Part shown: positions 50,280 through 63,753 of the stretch, piece by piece
Layout: the number at the start of each line of letters is the position of its first letter
Position numbering within the stretch: the stretch's first letter is position 1
Assembly (NCBI RefSeq): GCF_016432865.1
Contig: NC_067400.1
Coordinates: forward strand, 623,782,001 to 623,846,000
Direction of reading: 5' to 3'
Length of the DNA stretch: 64,000 bases
Origin: Antechinus flavipes
Lineage: Eukaryota
Made by a program: the position numbers and the translations under genes
The notes under the pieces: model-generated
What the model saw: only the letters and a program-made list of their open reading frames with translations
Told to the model about the DNA's origin: nothing
Database searches by the model: none

Positions 50280-52125
50280 ATTAGGAGAGCAAGGCTAGAT
50301 ATTTGGACAAGGGATGACTTTATGACCAAACAGGAGATAAAGAACATAAAATGCAAAATGGATCATTTGTATTACATTAGGTTAATAAGGTTTCACACAA
50401 ACAAAACCAATGCAGCCAAGAATAGAAGGAAAGCAAAAAGCTGGGGAAAGTTTTACAGTCATCGTGTCTGATAAAGGCCTTGCTTCTAAAATGTACAGAG
50501 AACCCAGTCAAATTTATAAGAATATAAGTCATTTCTCAATTGGAAAATGGTTAAAGGATAGGAATAGATAGTACGTCTATAGTCATATAAAAATGCTCTA
50601 AATCACTCTAGACTAGAAAAATGCAGATTAAAACAATTTGGAAGGAACACCTCACAACTAGCAGATTAGATAAAATGCTAAGAAAAGATAACGATAAATA
50701 TTGGAGAAGATGTAGGGAAACTGGACGTAATTGTATTGTTGGTGGAGCTGTGAAATGATCCAACCGTTCGGGAGAGCAGTTTGAAACGATGCTCAAAGGG
50801 CTATAAATCCAACAGTACCACTAGTGAGGCTGTATCCCAAAAAAATCATAAAAGAGAGAAGAGGACCCACATGTGCAGAAATGTAGCAGCTCTTTTTATA
50901 TGGCAAAGAATTGTAAAATGAGTACATGTCCATCCGTTAAAAATGGCTGAAGAAATTGTGGTACACAAAAGTAATGGAATATTATTCTGTGAAAAAGGAC
51001 CAAGATGATTTTAGAAAAGCCTGGAAAGATTTACATGAACTGACGCTGAGTGAAGCAAGCAGAACCAGGAAAATTTATTTTTTTTAATTTTTTTTTATTT
51101 AATAATAACTTTATATTGACAGAATCCATGCCAGGGTAATTTTTTACAGCATTATCTCTTGCACTCACTTCCGATTTTTCCCCTCCCCTAGATGGCAAGC
51201 AGTCCTATATATGTTAGATATGTTGCAGTATATCCTAGATACAATATATGTTTGCAGAACCGAACAGTTCTCCTGTTGCACAGGGAGAATTGGATTCAGA
51301 AGGTAAAAACAACTCGGGAAGAAAAACAAAAATGCAAATAGTTCACATTTGTTTCCCAGTGTTCTTTCTTTGGGTGTAGCTGCTTCTGTCCATCATTTAT
51401 CAATTGAAACTCAGTTAGGTCTCTTTGTCAAAGAAATCCACTTCCATCAGAATACATCCTCATACAATATCGTTGTTGAAGTGTATTATGATCTCCTGGT
51501 TCTGCTCATCTCACTCAGCATCAGTCCATGTAGGTCTCTCCAAGCCTCTCTGTATTCATCCTGCTGGTCGTTCCTTACAGAACAATAATATTCCATAACA
51601 TTCATATACCACAATTTACCGAGCCATTCTCCAATGGATGGGCATCCATTCATTTTCCAGTTTCTAGCCACTACAAACAGGGCTGCCACAAACATTTTGG
51701 CACATACAGGTCCCTTTCCCTTCTTTAGTATCTCTTGGGGTATAAGCCCAGTAGATACACTGCTGGATCAAAGGGGATGCACAGTTTGATAACTTTTTGG
51801 TCATAAATTCCAGATTGCTCTCCAGAATGAACCGGGAAAATTTATACCCAGAAAGAAGATCATGTGATGATCAACTATGACAGACTTGCTTTTTCTCCAC
51901 AATTCAGTGATCCAAGGAAATCCCAGTAAACTTTGGATGGAAAATGCTATTTGCATACAGACAGAGAACAGATTGAATGTGCATCAACACATACTAGTTT
52001 CATTCTTTTTTTGCTGTAGTTTTTTTTACTCATGGTTTTTCCCTCTTATTCTGATTTTTTTCTCCCAATATGACTCACATGGAAGTGTGTAAAAAATGAA
52101 TGTACACTTATAAACCGTTGTCAAG
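50280..52125 (+). mobile_element. Old L1 ORF2 3' remnant, interrupted by a younger L1
   Basis: Degenerate ORF2 C-terminal and 3'-UTR sequence (ataaaggccttgcttctaaaatgtacagagaa..., gatttacatgaactgacgctgagtgaagc). Confidence 0.75.
51078..51828 (-). mobile_element. Young 5'-truncated L1 nested antisense in the old L1
   Basis: Encodes FVAALFVVARNWKMNGCPSIGEWLGKLWY. TSD GAACC(A/G)GGAAAATTTA at 51062-51077 and 51829-51844. Confidence 0.92.
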
Positions 52126-52146
52126 AAGGCTCTTTGTAAACCACAA

Positions 52147-52328
52147 NNNNNNNNNNNNNNNNNNNNNNNNNNNNNNNNNNNNNNNNNNNNNNNNNNNNNN
52201 NNNNNNNNNNNNNNNNNNNNNNNNNNNNNNNNNNNNNNNNNNNNNNNNNNNNNNNNNNNNNNNNNNNNNNNNNNNNNNNNNNNNNNNNNNNNNNNNNNNN
52301 NNNNNNNNNNNNNNNNNNNNNNNNNNNN
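52147..52328. other. Assembly gap (182 N)
   Basis: Run of N. Confidence 1.
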
Positions 52329-52844
52329 TGGTATCACTGTTCCCTCCCACCTCTGGGGACGCCCATCTCCTCCAGGAGGATTCTACTCCTCAGATTTGGG
52401 GGAAGTCTGTCTTCCAGATTGAATTGGTCCCTTTTTGACTCCCACCTTTTGCTCCTGCTTCTGACCTCTGGACCAAGCCTGGCAAAGCCAGTGCCTCATC
52501 CCTGACAGACACTTGCGTGCAGCTCTCAGGTTTCCCAAGTCTTACTTCAGGCTGAAAAAGCCCAGGTCTTTCCACTGATCTTCCTGGGATAGGTGGTCCT
52601 TCCACTACCCAGGCTTCCCCTCTGCAGATGCTCGGAGGCTCATCTGAGCCTGAGATTTTCCCAGACAAACCTGCATCAAAGCCCTAAGGCTGCACCTATT
52701 GACAGAGTAATACACAGTAAAAAAAAAAAAAAAAAGGGGGGGGGGGAGGTGGGGGAGACACTGACTTGAGTCAGAGAGGATGGAGATGACATGGCTGATT
52801 GACTAGACTCCAAGGGAGACAGCTGAGGGTTGGAGCGGGGAGGG

Positions 52845-53085
52845 AGCAGCCAAGAGGCTCAGTGGATAAAGCACCAGGCTGGAGTCCGGAAAGCTGGTCC
52901 TCCTGAGGTCAAATCTGGTCTCAGACACTAGCTGTGTGACCCTGGGAAGTCGCTTCACCTGTTTGCCTCGGTTTCCTCATCTGTGAAACAAGCTACAGAA
53001 GGAAATAGCAAACCATTGCAGTACTTTTGCGAAGAAAACCCCAAACAGAATCACAAAGACTCAGACCCAGTTAAATGAAACATGC
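52845..53085 (+). mobile_element. MAR1-like CORE-SINE
   Basis: cagtggataaagcacc...gctgtgtgaccctggg...gcctcggtttcctcatctgt...gaaggaaatagcaaacc. Confidence 0.8.
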
Positions 53086-54416
53086 ACAGGGTTGACCAGA
53101 GCAGAGGGAAATGCCTAACAGAGAGGAGGGGACGGACCCGTAGGAGCCACTGACCGGTCCAGGGCACCCCATCTGGCCTTGGCTGACCGGGTGCCTGCGT
53201 TGGCTGGGCGGCTCTGACTAAACAGCCACCATGCTGTTTCTCTCAGGGACAGGTTTCAGCTACTCTACCCGCGCAGAGTGAGCATAAGCTGGAGGGGCTG
53301 GAGACGAACATTCTGGGAGAGCCCGCAGAGCCAGGAACCCACAAAAACAGAATAATGAGAGGGGATGTCAGGGTCCCCGACGTCACTTGCCCTCCCGTGC
53401 ACAATCCCTCTGTGTTCTCTCAGCTGATGAGGTGCATCTATGGGGGAGTGGGCCCTGGGTTTGTGAGAGAAATGTTCTCATCAAAAGCTTCACCTTGAAT
53501 AGAGTAATAACAATAATAATAATTACCTGTACTTCTACAGCACCTACTATGTGCTGAGCATATTACATATGCTCAGATTTGACTCATCTGATCCTCATGA
53601 AGATCTTGGAAGGTGAGTGCTGTGATGATCCCCATTCTACAGATGAGGAAACTGAGACACTATGCCTAGGACCACATTGCCAGGAAATGTCTGAGGTTGG
53701 ATTCGAACTCAGGCCTGATGCTCTAATCACTCCATCACCCAGTTGTCTTCTGGACGAGTAGGAAAAAACCCATGGGCTGTCATGTGGAAAAGCGGCAAAC
53801 GTACAAAGTACCTAAAGGTGCCGGTGGCTAATCAGGGAATCCCACTTGAGCGTGTGAGAAGGAAAAGAGAGAAAGGGGAGAGATCTGGAAAGATGCCAGA
53901 GGAATGGTATTAATAATAACCCGGTGCTGCATCCAACCATTTTTTGAGCAGAGTGCTTTGACAAATTGAACGTCTAGGAGTGTGTCATTATTAATAGCTG
54001 TCTTCAAGTCATATGGAAGCTGTTTGGCTCCAGAGGGCAGAGATCTGATCTGATGATGAGCCATGTCACCTAAGCTGTCTCCCCTCCCCCGGAGTTGGCA
54101 GCCGGGGCTGTGGAGGAGGGGGTTCCCCTTCCTGCAGAAGCGGGATGACCATTTGTCAGGAGGAGGGGTTATTTGAGAGGAAGGCTGGCCCGCCTTGCCT
54201 TTGTGGCCCCTTCCAAAGCTGGGATTCTTTGATTTTCTGGGACCCGGAGGCAGGACCCCTTGGCCACAGACGGGGTACCAGTGAGGCAGACCCATCCATC
54301 CCAGAGCCAGTTTTCAAATTCCAGCTGATTCCAGCTGTCCACTTACCTACGTGACTGGGATAGGCTGGATGCAGGGAATGCAGACCACACATCAAATAAG
54401 CCCTGCCTTCGAGCTG

Positions 54417-54418
54417 CA

Positions 54419-54471
<53 letters not shown>

Positions 54472-54724
54472 TTTACACTCACACACAATCTCACACTCAC
54501 ACACATAATCACATACACAATCACACTCACGCACACGTGCACACACACACGCATACACACACACTCTCTTGCTTTTGCACTCACACACACACACACTCTC
54601 ACTTTTACACTCCCATGCACTCTCACACTCACACACAATCACACTCACACACACTCACACACAGTCTCACACTCACTCACACACATAATCACACACACAC
54701 TCACAATCACACGCACGCACACGT

Positions 54725-54758
<34 letters not shown>
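54417..54758. repeat. Compound (CA)n microsatellite
   Basis: Pure CA runs at both ends with an interrupted CA/CT interior. Confidence 0.97.
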
Positions 54759-54760
<2 letters not shown>

Positions 54761-55029
54761 CCCTTATCCCTTATCCCTCTGAGTAGAGCAGTGGCTCCAA
54801 ATCTTGTCTTCCCTGCTCCCCCTCTCTGCCAAAGACTTTATATCATACTTCAATGACAAAAAATAAGGCTGTTGGTCAAAGGCTCCCTCTTCCCTTCTTC
54901 TAGCCCTAAATGCCCTCGGCCACCTGCTCCTTCAGCCCTTCCTGCCGAGGCTCCCCCCGACACGCACAAGGGATGCTTTCCAGCCTGACTCCTCTAGTAG
55001 ATCTGCCCCCACCTCCATCTCCAGTCTTG

Positions 55030-56410
55030 CATCTCTCCCCGGCTGCCGCTTACAAATACCCCAACTCTCCCCTAGCCTAAAAGGAACCTCACCGATGCCT
55101 CCAGCTGTTGTCTAGCTCTCTCCTCTCTGTCTCCTCTGCAGTCTCATGACTATTGCTTCCACTTCCGTTCCTCTCACCCTCTTCCCAACCCCACAGTCTG
55201 GCTTCTGTCCTCATTATCCCCAAACTAGTATCCTCAAAGTTACCATGACTTCTTAGTTGACAAATCCAACAGCCTTTTCTCCCTCCTCATCCTCCTTAAC
55301 GTCTCTGTAGCCTTCGACACTGTTAACCCCTTCTCTCCCTAGCTACAATCTTTTCTGTTGTGCATTGGCTTGGGGAGCAAGCTACTGAGTTGTTTTGGAC
55401 ATGATAAAAGGGAGACGTCGAGACTTCTCAATTGACGATGGCAAACAGGTAATCGATGGTTCAGGACTGGAGCTCAGGGGAGATTATTGCTGGATATCTT
55501 GATCTTGGAATCATCTGTGTTTGGGTACAAATGATAATTGAACCCACAGGATCAACAAGAAAAAGATGGACAAGTGATAAGAGGAGAGTTTGGAAAAATG
55601 TCCCATAACTTTGCTAGCCTTCAGTTTCCCCATCTGTAAAATGGGACAAGTGGGCTTTATGACCTACTTGAAGTAGCTCTGGTGACCCCAGACTCCTCTG
55701 GGAGTAGGCTCAGCATCCTTCCAGACATCTGTCTCTCACCGAGACGTGTAACCCAAAATTAGTCACACATTTTCAGGGAGGAACGGTTGACAAACAGAAC
55801 ACTTTTCTGAAAACAACTCCGCGATTATTTTTCACATTTTGCATTCTGTGTTCTAACACGGCTCAGCCGTGGGCCGTCTCCTCTTCTCCCTCTCCACAGC
55901 TTCTCTTAGAGATCTTATCAGCTCCCATAGACTGAACCACCATCTCTTTGCTGACCATTCTCAGATCCATTCCTCTCTGCTAACCTCTACTCTTGAGTCT
56001 TCCCCCCCTTTTAGGACATCCCAGACTGCCTCCGGGGACGCCTTCAATTCAACAAGTCCAAAACTAAATACAAAATTCTCCTTTCTAACTTCCCTTTTAC
56101 TGTCAACAATGTCACCACCCCAGTAGCCCCAGGCTCCCAACCTGGGCGTCAGCCTCCACTGTTCGCTCCCTCTCATACACTTCCGAACCAATCTGTAGCC
56201 AGCTCCCATTGTTTCCACCTGTATACCTCAAGACGATGAAGGATTTGCAATTTCTCCTGGCTGTCGCCTGTTTGTACCTAGCTATGTGTGTGCCGTCTTT
56301 CTCAGTGGACTCCTGGAGTGCAGGGACTTTATTTTACTTTGCTTTGTGCCCCCAGCACTTGACACAGTGCCTAGCATACAATTGGAGCTTAATAAATGCT
56401 TGTTGACTAA
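55030..56410 (+). mobile_element. L2 LINE remnants (ORF2 and 3' end), with an antisense L2 piece inside
   Basis: Degenerate SGFCPHY...LILLNVSVAFDTV and SLRDLISSHRLNHHLFADHSQI (RT YADD region); 3' end cacagtgcctagc...cttaataaatgcttg. Confidence 0.75.
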
Positions 56411-58437
56411 TAGACTTCACTGGTTGGAGTTCTTTACACCTAGTACATTTCAATTTTATAAATGAGGAAACTGAGACCTTAAAAGTTAAAAGACCTAGTC
56501 CTTGCCTTGTTAACTATTCTCAAAGAGCTGGACTTGAACCTAACTTCTGATTTCACATGCAGTGGGATGTCCACCATGCCAGGCCGCCTTCACCTGGACA
56601 GGAGCAAAGCCATGATGGAAAACCAGTATTTTTATGGTTTATTTAGTTTATTTTGTGAGAAAGTTAACCAAAATAGTAGAAGAAAGGGAAAGGGTAGTTG
56701 AGGGACATTAGTTGTCAAGAGCAGACGTGTAGGTAGAAGTTCCTGAACTCGTTTCCCCCAGTCAAATGGCACAAAGATCGCCTCAATGATGTGCCCTAAG
56801 GGTTCTTCCAGCTCCCAACCCTAGAAAAGCAGATGGCCAAGTTCATGAAGGAATATCCCCTGTCAGCTACTCAATTCTGCCAAGAGATTCCAGCCTCAGC
56901 GTGGGATCGATTTGTCCCTTCCCCAGGTGCCTAGGCTTCCCGGCAGCTGTTTCCTTGTCCTACAGAGGCTCTTTCCCACCTTGGTCCAAGGTCCTGAATC
57001 ATTACTCTCAGGTGGCTTATCATAGGAGGAAAGCTGGAGTCAACTGATGCTGACACTGACTTGCTGTGGTTTTAAGGAGCTCTCTTACCCTCTCTAGGTC
57101 TTTTCTATTGACATTTTGCATTTCATGTAGCATTTTAATTCTTGTAAAATGTTTTACAGATGTGACCTCATGGGATCCTCACTGCAACCCTGCAAAGTAG
57201 GTGACATTATTGTTCCCATTTAATGATGATGATGATGATGATGATGATGAATGAGGAAGAAAACAATAGACGTTAAGTGACTTACTTAGAGTCAGGAAGC
57301 CAGGAAATTTCTGATAAGGCAGGATCTGGATTCAGAACTACTTGCCTCCGTGTCTAATACTACAACTGCCTCATCACCTAGCTGCCTTTTAGATAAATCC
57401 ATTTTTTTAATTTAAAAAATGAAATAATTACAAGTTTACAGAATAAAAATCTCTACCAAAAATACCCATCAAGGGGCTGTCCAGACTCTGCTCAGGGACC
57501 TCCAAGGAGAGAGAACCCACTATCTCACAAGGGAGACTCGGCAGCTCCCTAATTATTGGGGAGTTTTCCTTGTCATCTCACCTCAAAATGCCCTTTTCAC
57601 AATTTCTCCTTGTGGCTCCAGGCTCAAGGTCAAATAGAATCTATTTTTTAAAAAACCAACAAAACCATCAAGTCACATGTTATGGGCGTAAAATCTCTTC
57701 TCTGTGGCTCTCTAAATATTGAACATGATTATGACCTAACTAAACCTCCCCGAAACCATCAAACAATCTTTGTCCCATTGTACGTGAGGCCCTTCACCAT
57801 CTGGACAGCCCTCGCTCACAGATGTTCTTTCTAAAATATGTAGATTTTTTCATTCTCATTTCTGCAGCTTGATAAATATGGAAATATGTTTAGAAGAGTT
57901 GCTCGTTTAACCCATACTGAATTGCTTAGGAAAGGGGAGGGGGAAGGAAGGGAAGGAGATAGAAGAATCTGGAACACAAGGTTTTGCAGGAGTGAATGTT
58001 GAAAATTATATCTTTTGAAAAATAAAAATCTATTGTATTTTAAATGTGTTTTGAAAAATAAGCTGTTATTGAAAAGATAAAATATATAGTGAAGCACCTG
58101 ACGTATAACAAATGCTTGTTGGCTTGACTTCTTAAAATATGGATCTAGAAATGCCCATATTCCTGCAAACAGGTCTGACCAGGGCAAGGGGTTGAAGAGC
58201 TGCTCACTTAGCATGGAGATAATAACTGAACTTCCCTCACAGACTCATTGTGAAGATCAAATAAGATGCCTGTAAAGTCCTTAGCCCAGTGCTAGGGTGG
58301 TGATGATGATGATGGCAAACTATTCCTCTCTTCATGAAGTCCAATGTAGCCTCAACTTTAAGGCTGTCCTGTCACATTATCCACTCATCTTTCTATTAGG
58401 GTCCACTAATTTTTTTTCTTTAAAAAAACAAAATTTG

Positions 58438-58590
58438 GGAGCAGCTAGTTGGTGTAGTGGATAGAGCACCAGCCCTGAAATCAGGAGGATCGGAGTTCAA
58501 ATCTGGCCTCAGACACTTAACACTTTCTGGCTGTGTGACTCTGGGCAAGTCACTTAATTCCAATTGCCTCAGCAAAAAAAAAAAAAAAAA
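58438..58590 (+). mobile_element. Full-length WSINE1-like SINE
   Basis: gcagctagttggtgtagtggatagagcaccagccctgaaatcaggagg...caattgcctcagc followed by poly-A. Confidence 0.9.
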
Positions 58591-58629
58591 TGTGTAACTC
58601 TAATTCTTCCCTTTCTTATAATTTATAAT

Positions 58630-59640
58630 GTTGAATTCTAAAGACCAAATGTAAAGACTTTCCATCCATGTCTACTCAATTTCATCAGATTAGATTCAGT
58701 CCAATGCTCTCACCTATGAAGATGTTATTTTTTTCCTCCGGTGTGTTCACCATTTCACCCAGTTTCAAATTTAAGAGCATGTTCTCTCTACCTTTGTCTA
58801 AGTAACTGATTAAAAATGTTAATCTAACTAGGACCAAATCATATCCCTGCTCAGAACCACAGGAGACCTCCTTCCAAGTCCACCAAAAACTATTAGCGAC
58901 TAGACTTCTCTGTCCGCTCCAGTGGTGCTGAATTCCCCTGTTGTAGTCTTTCCTGGTCTCCATTTCTAAATCTAGAATTACATGAATACTTGAGCACACA
59001 GTTAACTAAAATCTAGATAATCTAGCTTCTCCCAACCTACTGGTTTAGTAATCTGTCATATAAAAAAAGCTTAGTCTGGAATAACCCATTCTTCAGGAAG
59101 CCAGGTTCACTTTCTATAATCATTTCCTTTTTCTAGAGGTTTGCTAACCATCTCTTTAATGATCTTCTGGAGAAAGTTTTCAGGAGTCTTTTCAGAATCC
59201 ATTTTCCCTCTTTAGCTATATTGGGTATTTCCTGCCTCTCAGCCCCTTTTGTTCTCTTTCAACACAAAGATCATTCTCCTAGACGGTGAAAATAAAGGCA
59301 AAATAAGTACAGACCATGCGGGCCTTCTCCCCTGGGCCAGTTGTCCCCATCCCAAACTTTGGAAGAGAAGGTCCTGGACCTTCTTTGGGCCTGCACTTTC
59401 CCCAATGGAGCAAGCTAAGAAGCACCATCTCGACCCTTTTAGATGTCCTTCCTTTTGGCACATCACAAATCTTAGCCCTCCCGAGGCAGCTTTCTCGGAC
59501 TCCAGCATACTCTTACACTCATCCTCTTGTGCTTGCCATTGCTTCCATCGTACAGACATTTCTTCTTCAAATTTAAGTTTGTCACAAATTTCCAGCACAT
59601 CTCCATCATTTCCTTGAGATGACATCAGAATTGTTTCTCT
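58630..59640 (-). mobile_element. CR1/L3 LINE ORF2 remnant
   Basis: Degenerate WKEVSCGSEQG...LKLGEMVNTPEE (compare CR1 VTSGVPQG...TKLGGVVDTPE) and RWKQWQAQEDECKSM. Confidence 0.7.
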
Positions 59641-61999
59641 GCGGACCCTCAGAATTCATCACAGACCCTCAGAATTCATCGCGGACTCTCAGAATTTCAT
59701 TGTTGAGCATTTCCGATCCCACTTGGGCTGACTTTTACTGGAACATTTTAAGCCGTGGGATCCTACCTGTATTTTCTTTGTAATGAAATTCACTTTTGAA
59801 AAATCAAGATCACAAAAAAGAAAAATATCAAGATGTCAGATCAGCCCCAGATTGCCTCTCTTATCAGAAGAGCAGTTAGTAACAGACGGGTCCATCCAGA
59901 ATTTCCCCATCTCTGTCCTTTGAAAGATGAAATGATCTTTCCCGTGGGGGCTCCATAATGCTTCAAGTCCAGAAGGTCTGAGTTTAAGATTGGTCTCTAA
60001 TGCTCACTAGCTGTGAGCCTCACTTAACCTTGGTCTGCCTCACCTATGAAATGGAGAAAATCATCCTAGTACTCGCCTCCCATAGTTGTCATGGAGATCG
60101 AATGAGGTGATATTTGTGAGATGCTTTGTGAGTCATTAAGAATAAGGAGAAGGACATCTAGATGGAGAAGTGGATGGAGCACCAGCTCTGAATCAGGAGG
60201 AACTGGGTTCAAATCCATCTTTAGACCCTTAACACTTACTAGCTTAACCCTGAGGAAGTTGCTTAACCCCAATCCTTAGAAAGGAAAGAAAAGAAAAGAA
60301 GTAGTAGGAAAAAAAAGAGCAATGTGAATGTTGGCTATGAGGGAGGGAGCCGCACAGTGGACCCCCCCCCATGCCTCTGGCCAGGTGCTGTGTGATCGCT
60401 TTCCCCATCTCTTCCCTGCTTTTGTCCAGGTGGTCTGTAATATATTCTGGTGATAAAATGACTCCGACTTCTCCTTCCTTCAACTTTCACCCAAACATCT
60501 CCATCACATTTCCCCAGTCTTTTCCCTGGATTTCTTCCTGTAATTCTACCTTTTCAGCATACAGTCTCCCTTTCACCTATCCTGTTTCAGGAACACCGGG
60601 ATCTAGAAACTCAGGCTGGCTTTTATCTCGTCCAATTTGCATCCTTGCATTAAAATTTCTAATGCCTCACTTATTTTAAAAGTGTTTCTTGTACCTTGCA
60701 AGGGTCATTGTTGAAAAATTACCCATGTATATATTTTGTGAATAAAAAGCCATAATCGAAAATAAATTTTTAAAGAGCATTTCTAACTCCAGATTCAATC
60801 ACGGCGCACTTGCTGTATCACCTTGGATGAGTTCCTGTTTCCCCACATGGGAAACAAAGCGGGCACTGAACTTCCCGGCTAATACGCACCAGGCTCTTGG
60901 ATGCATAAAAGCAGATTAGGATCAAGCTTGTGAAATCATAACCATTGAAGAAGGCCTAATTTTGTGTTCAGAGGATCTGATTTCCAGGAGTGTGGAAGCG
61001 CCTGGATTTAATTCCTGACAATGGAAAGACCCTTCCTTCAGGGACCCCGAGTTGCCGGGGAAGCAGGCTGTTTGCCCCCTGGGGGGGGCATGAGGGACTT
61101 TTGTGGGCAATCTACCTTCCTAGAGATCCCCCCCAGCCCATGTACTTGTGAAGAAAGGGACACACTTGAGATGATTTCAATTCCCCAGCTTTAATCCTGG
61201 GCTGTAGAAGGTGGAACCCGAGCAGTCCCGGTCCACAACTTCGCCCGTGTCCCAAGCAAATTCTATTCCCCAATAAATAAATTATGGCAAAGGAGAAGAA
61301 TCCCTTACGATTTCTCCCTGCCCCTATCAGGTCCCCATCTGCCTCCGCAGGGACCCTCGTCTGTAAGAACCCACCCCCGTACGCCAAGATTTAGCACAAC
61401 ATATATACAAAGGGAGGGAGGGGGGATGGTCCATTGGAGGGGAGCCAGTGGTCTCCGGGATCAGGGAAGAAGAGGAGAAGTTGTCAGAGAGGCGCCGGCA
61501 AAGGGTCGACTCCCCGTGGATGGGCAGAGGTAGCAAGGGATCCGCTCCTTTGGTCCAGGGAGAAGCTGGAGGAGCCACTCCTGGGCTTCTTGGAGCCGGA
61601 AGGGATCTATCTACTCCCTGCATTCGGGGGTGGGGGAGGGCTGGTGGCCAAGGGGGAAAGAGAGGGGAGAAGAAGGAATCTATTCCCCAGAGACGCACGG
61701 GGAGAGGAAGAGGTCTCTCTGTGACTCAGCAAGCGATGGAGGCCCAGACGGGAACCGGAGGTTGTTCACTCGTACCCACGGGACCTCTTCCTTGGCATCA
61801 GCTGGCACCCGAAAGGAGCCCCTCTCATGGGGCCAGGAGAGGAGATGCCGTCCCTGAGGCTGGGTAAGGTCCGAGGAGATCCCACTCTCTGCGGTTGGGG
61901 AGATCTCTGAGCAGCTCCGTGGCATGAGGCCGGGCAGGGGGTCAGAGGGATCTCTGGGGGACCCAAAGAAACCTGCCCATGGTGGAAGGGAACTGGCCG

Positions 62000-63237
62000 T
62001 TAGGTGGCTCCCGCACCTCCAGCCCCTCGATCCCCGGGATGCTGACGGCAGCACATCCCCCAGGTGCTTGAGGGCAGAGCCAGTAGCAGGAAGGAGCCGC
62101 CCCCCAGGAGCAGCAGGGCAGCAGCTGCGAGGGCGCAGGCCACTGACCAGGAATACTCGTACCCCAGCCAAGGGACGGGGCCTGGCCCGGTCCTGGCCAG
62201 CAGCTCCCGGACCCCCTGGCGGAACAGCCCGAGGCTCACCAGCAACAAAAGTCCTGCGGGGAGAGAATAGGAAAAGGGATCCAGCGCTCCACTCAGCCGC
62301 CCGGGGCCCGTGGTCTCCAGCTCCCAGCGGGCACTGCTGGGGTCCACAAATCTCAGACAGCAACAATCCCTAGAACTACCACTCCCGGCCTGCAGCACCG
62401 GCCAGTCAACAAACATTTATAAGCGCCTACTGTGTGCTAGGCGCTGAGTGGCTGAGGCTCCAAGAACTACAACTGCTGGGGAGCAAACCCCTCAGAGACT
62501 TCCCCCCGCCCCCATACATTATTGCCCCTCACAATATGATGCGCTCTCTGGAAATCCCAACTTCCAGCATGCAACTGGGCTGAATTCTGCAAATCGCCAG
62601 CTTTGGGCCAGGCGGAGCACAGGGCCTGGGGAACCGGGCAGATATGGACCAGTCCCTACCTGAGAGGCTGAAGCAGACGGCCGCGTGCGTGAGCAGGAAC
62701 TCGGCGCCTTTGCTGAGGACCATGATGACACAGATGCAGCCTAGGACCGTGATAGCCAGGGCCAGAGTGGCAGTGATGGCTGCAGCTACTCCCAGCTCTG
62801 GGGGGGGGGGGGGAGAGGGGAATAAAGGAGGGGAGGGGAGGAGAGGAGAATGAAAAAGAGGAGGGGAGTGGGGAGGAGAGAACAGGAGAGGGGAGGGGGG
62901 GGGGAAAAGCACATTAGAGACAGCTCCATTATGGCCTACCTGGGGAAGGCAAGCAGTGGCATTGTAGAAACAGGAGCCCCTCCCCGACTGCCCGGGCAAC
63001 TTTAGGGAGGTGACTTCATTTCTCTGGCACTTTTCCTCATCTGTAAAATGGGCTGGAGGGAGTTTAGAATGGAATGGAGCCGGGTGACTTCTGGCATTCC
63101 CTGAGGCTCCTTCGGGGCCTGAATCTCAGCCCAGGAGACCCCCGGGGGCTAAGAGGACCTACCTTTTTTCGTTGTCCTCTGCAGGATCCGGTTGTTCTCC
63201 CCCGTGGTGAAGAATCTGAAGTAAGAGCAGTTTGCCT
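62000..63237 (-). CDS. CACNG6: Voltage-dependent calcium channel gamma-6 subunit, last three exons; exon 1 not found in the window
   Basis: Exons 63237-63163 (EANCSYFRFFTTGENNRILQRTTKK), 62797-62660 (ELGVAAAI...MVLSKGAEFLL...CFSLSG), 62253-62000 (LLLLVSL...YEYSWS...GAT*). Phases are compatible. Confidence 0.93.
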
Positions 63238-63737
63238 CTGCGGGAAGAAGACACAGATATGTGGGGGATGCTAAAGTCAGGGAAAGGGAGAGAAGTGGAT
63301 GGAAGGACAAAGGAGGAGGGGAAGATCTGGCTCTCATAGCTAGCCGATTGTGGAACAGTCATTGTCCTCTGTGTATCCACTTCCTCTTCTGGGAAATGGG
63401 AATAATGAGCCCCAGCCTCCCTATGCTACGGTCCAGAGAGAAGTGGGTGGAGCTTAAGGGAAGGAGGGAAGGAGTCCGCTGGCCAAGTCCGGGTCCTTGT
63501 ATCACAGGTCTCCCCACTGCAGTTTAGAGTCTGGCCCCTTTTCCCAAGAAGGCCGATGGCGGCCCCCTAGGCCGGAGAGTGGCCTCTGTGATCTCCAGGA
63601 TGGTCTGGCTCCTGTCTCCTCCATCTCCCGCTTTCCTGAGTCTGTTCTCGGGTTTACAGAGAGAAGATCTAGGCAAACTGAGTCACAAATGAGGGGCTGA
63701 CTCTCCGACTGGGAAGAAGCCTCAGCGCTATCTGACG

Positions 63738-63753
63738 CAGCGCCCCCTGCAGC
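63738..63753 (-). promoter_or_regulatory. CTCF-like motif in CACNG6 intron 1
   Basis: CAGCGCCCCCTGCAGC, close to the reverse-complement CTCF core. Confidence 0.45.

Noticed and set aside
53225-53470. Perfect GCCACCATG followed by two small exon-like segments
   Set aside because: The ORF is 16 codons, the segments do not join into a signal peptide or 36-nt LRC mini-exon, and one such 9-mer is expected by chance in this much sequence.
53828-54295. 155-aa minus-strand ORF with globular-looking composition
   Set aside because: The plus strand matches CR1/L3 3'-region sequence (agctgtcttcaagt...ggctccagagggcag); it is an antisense artefact.
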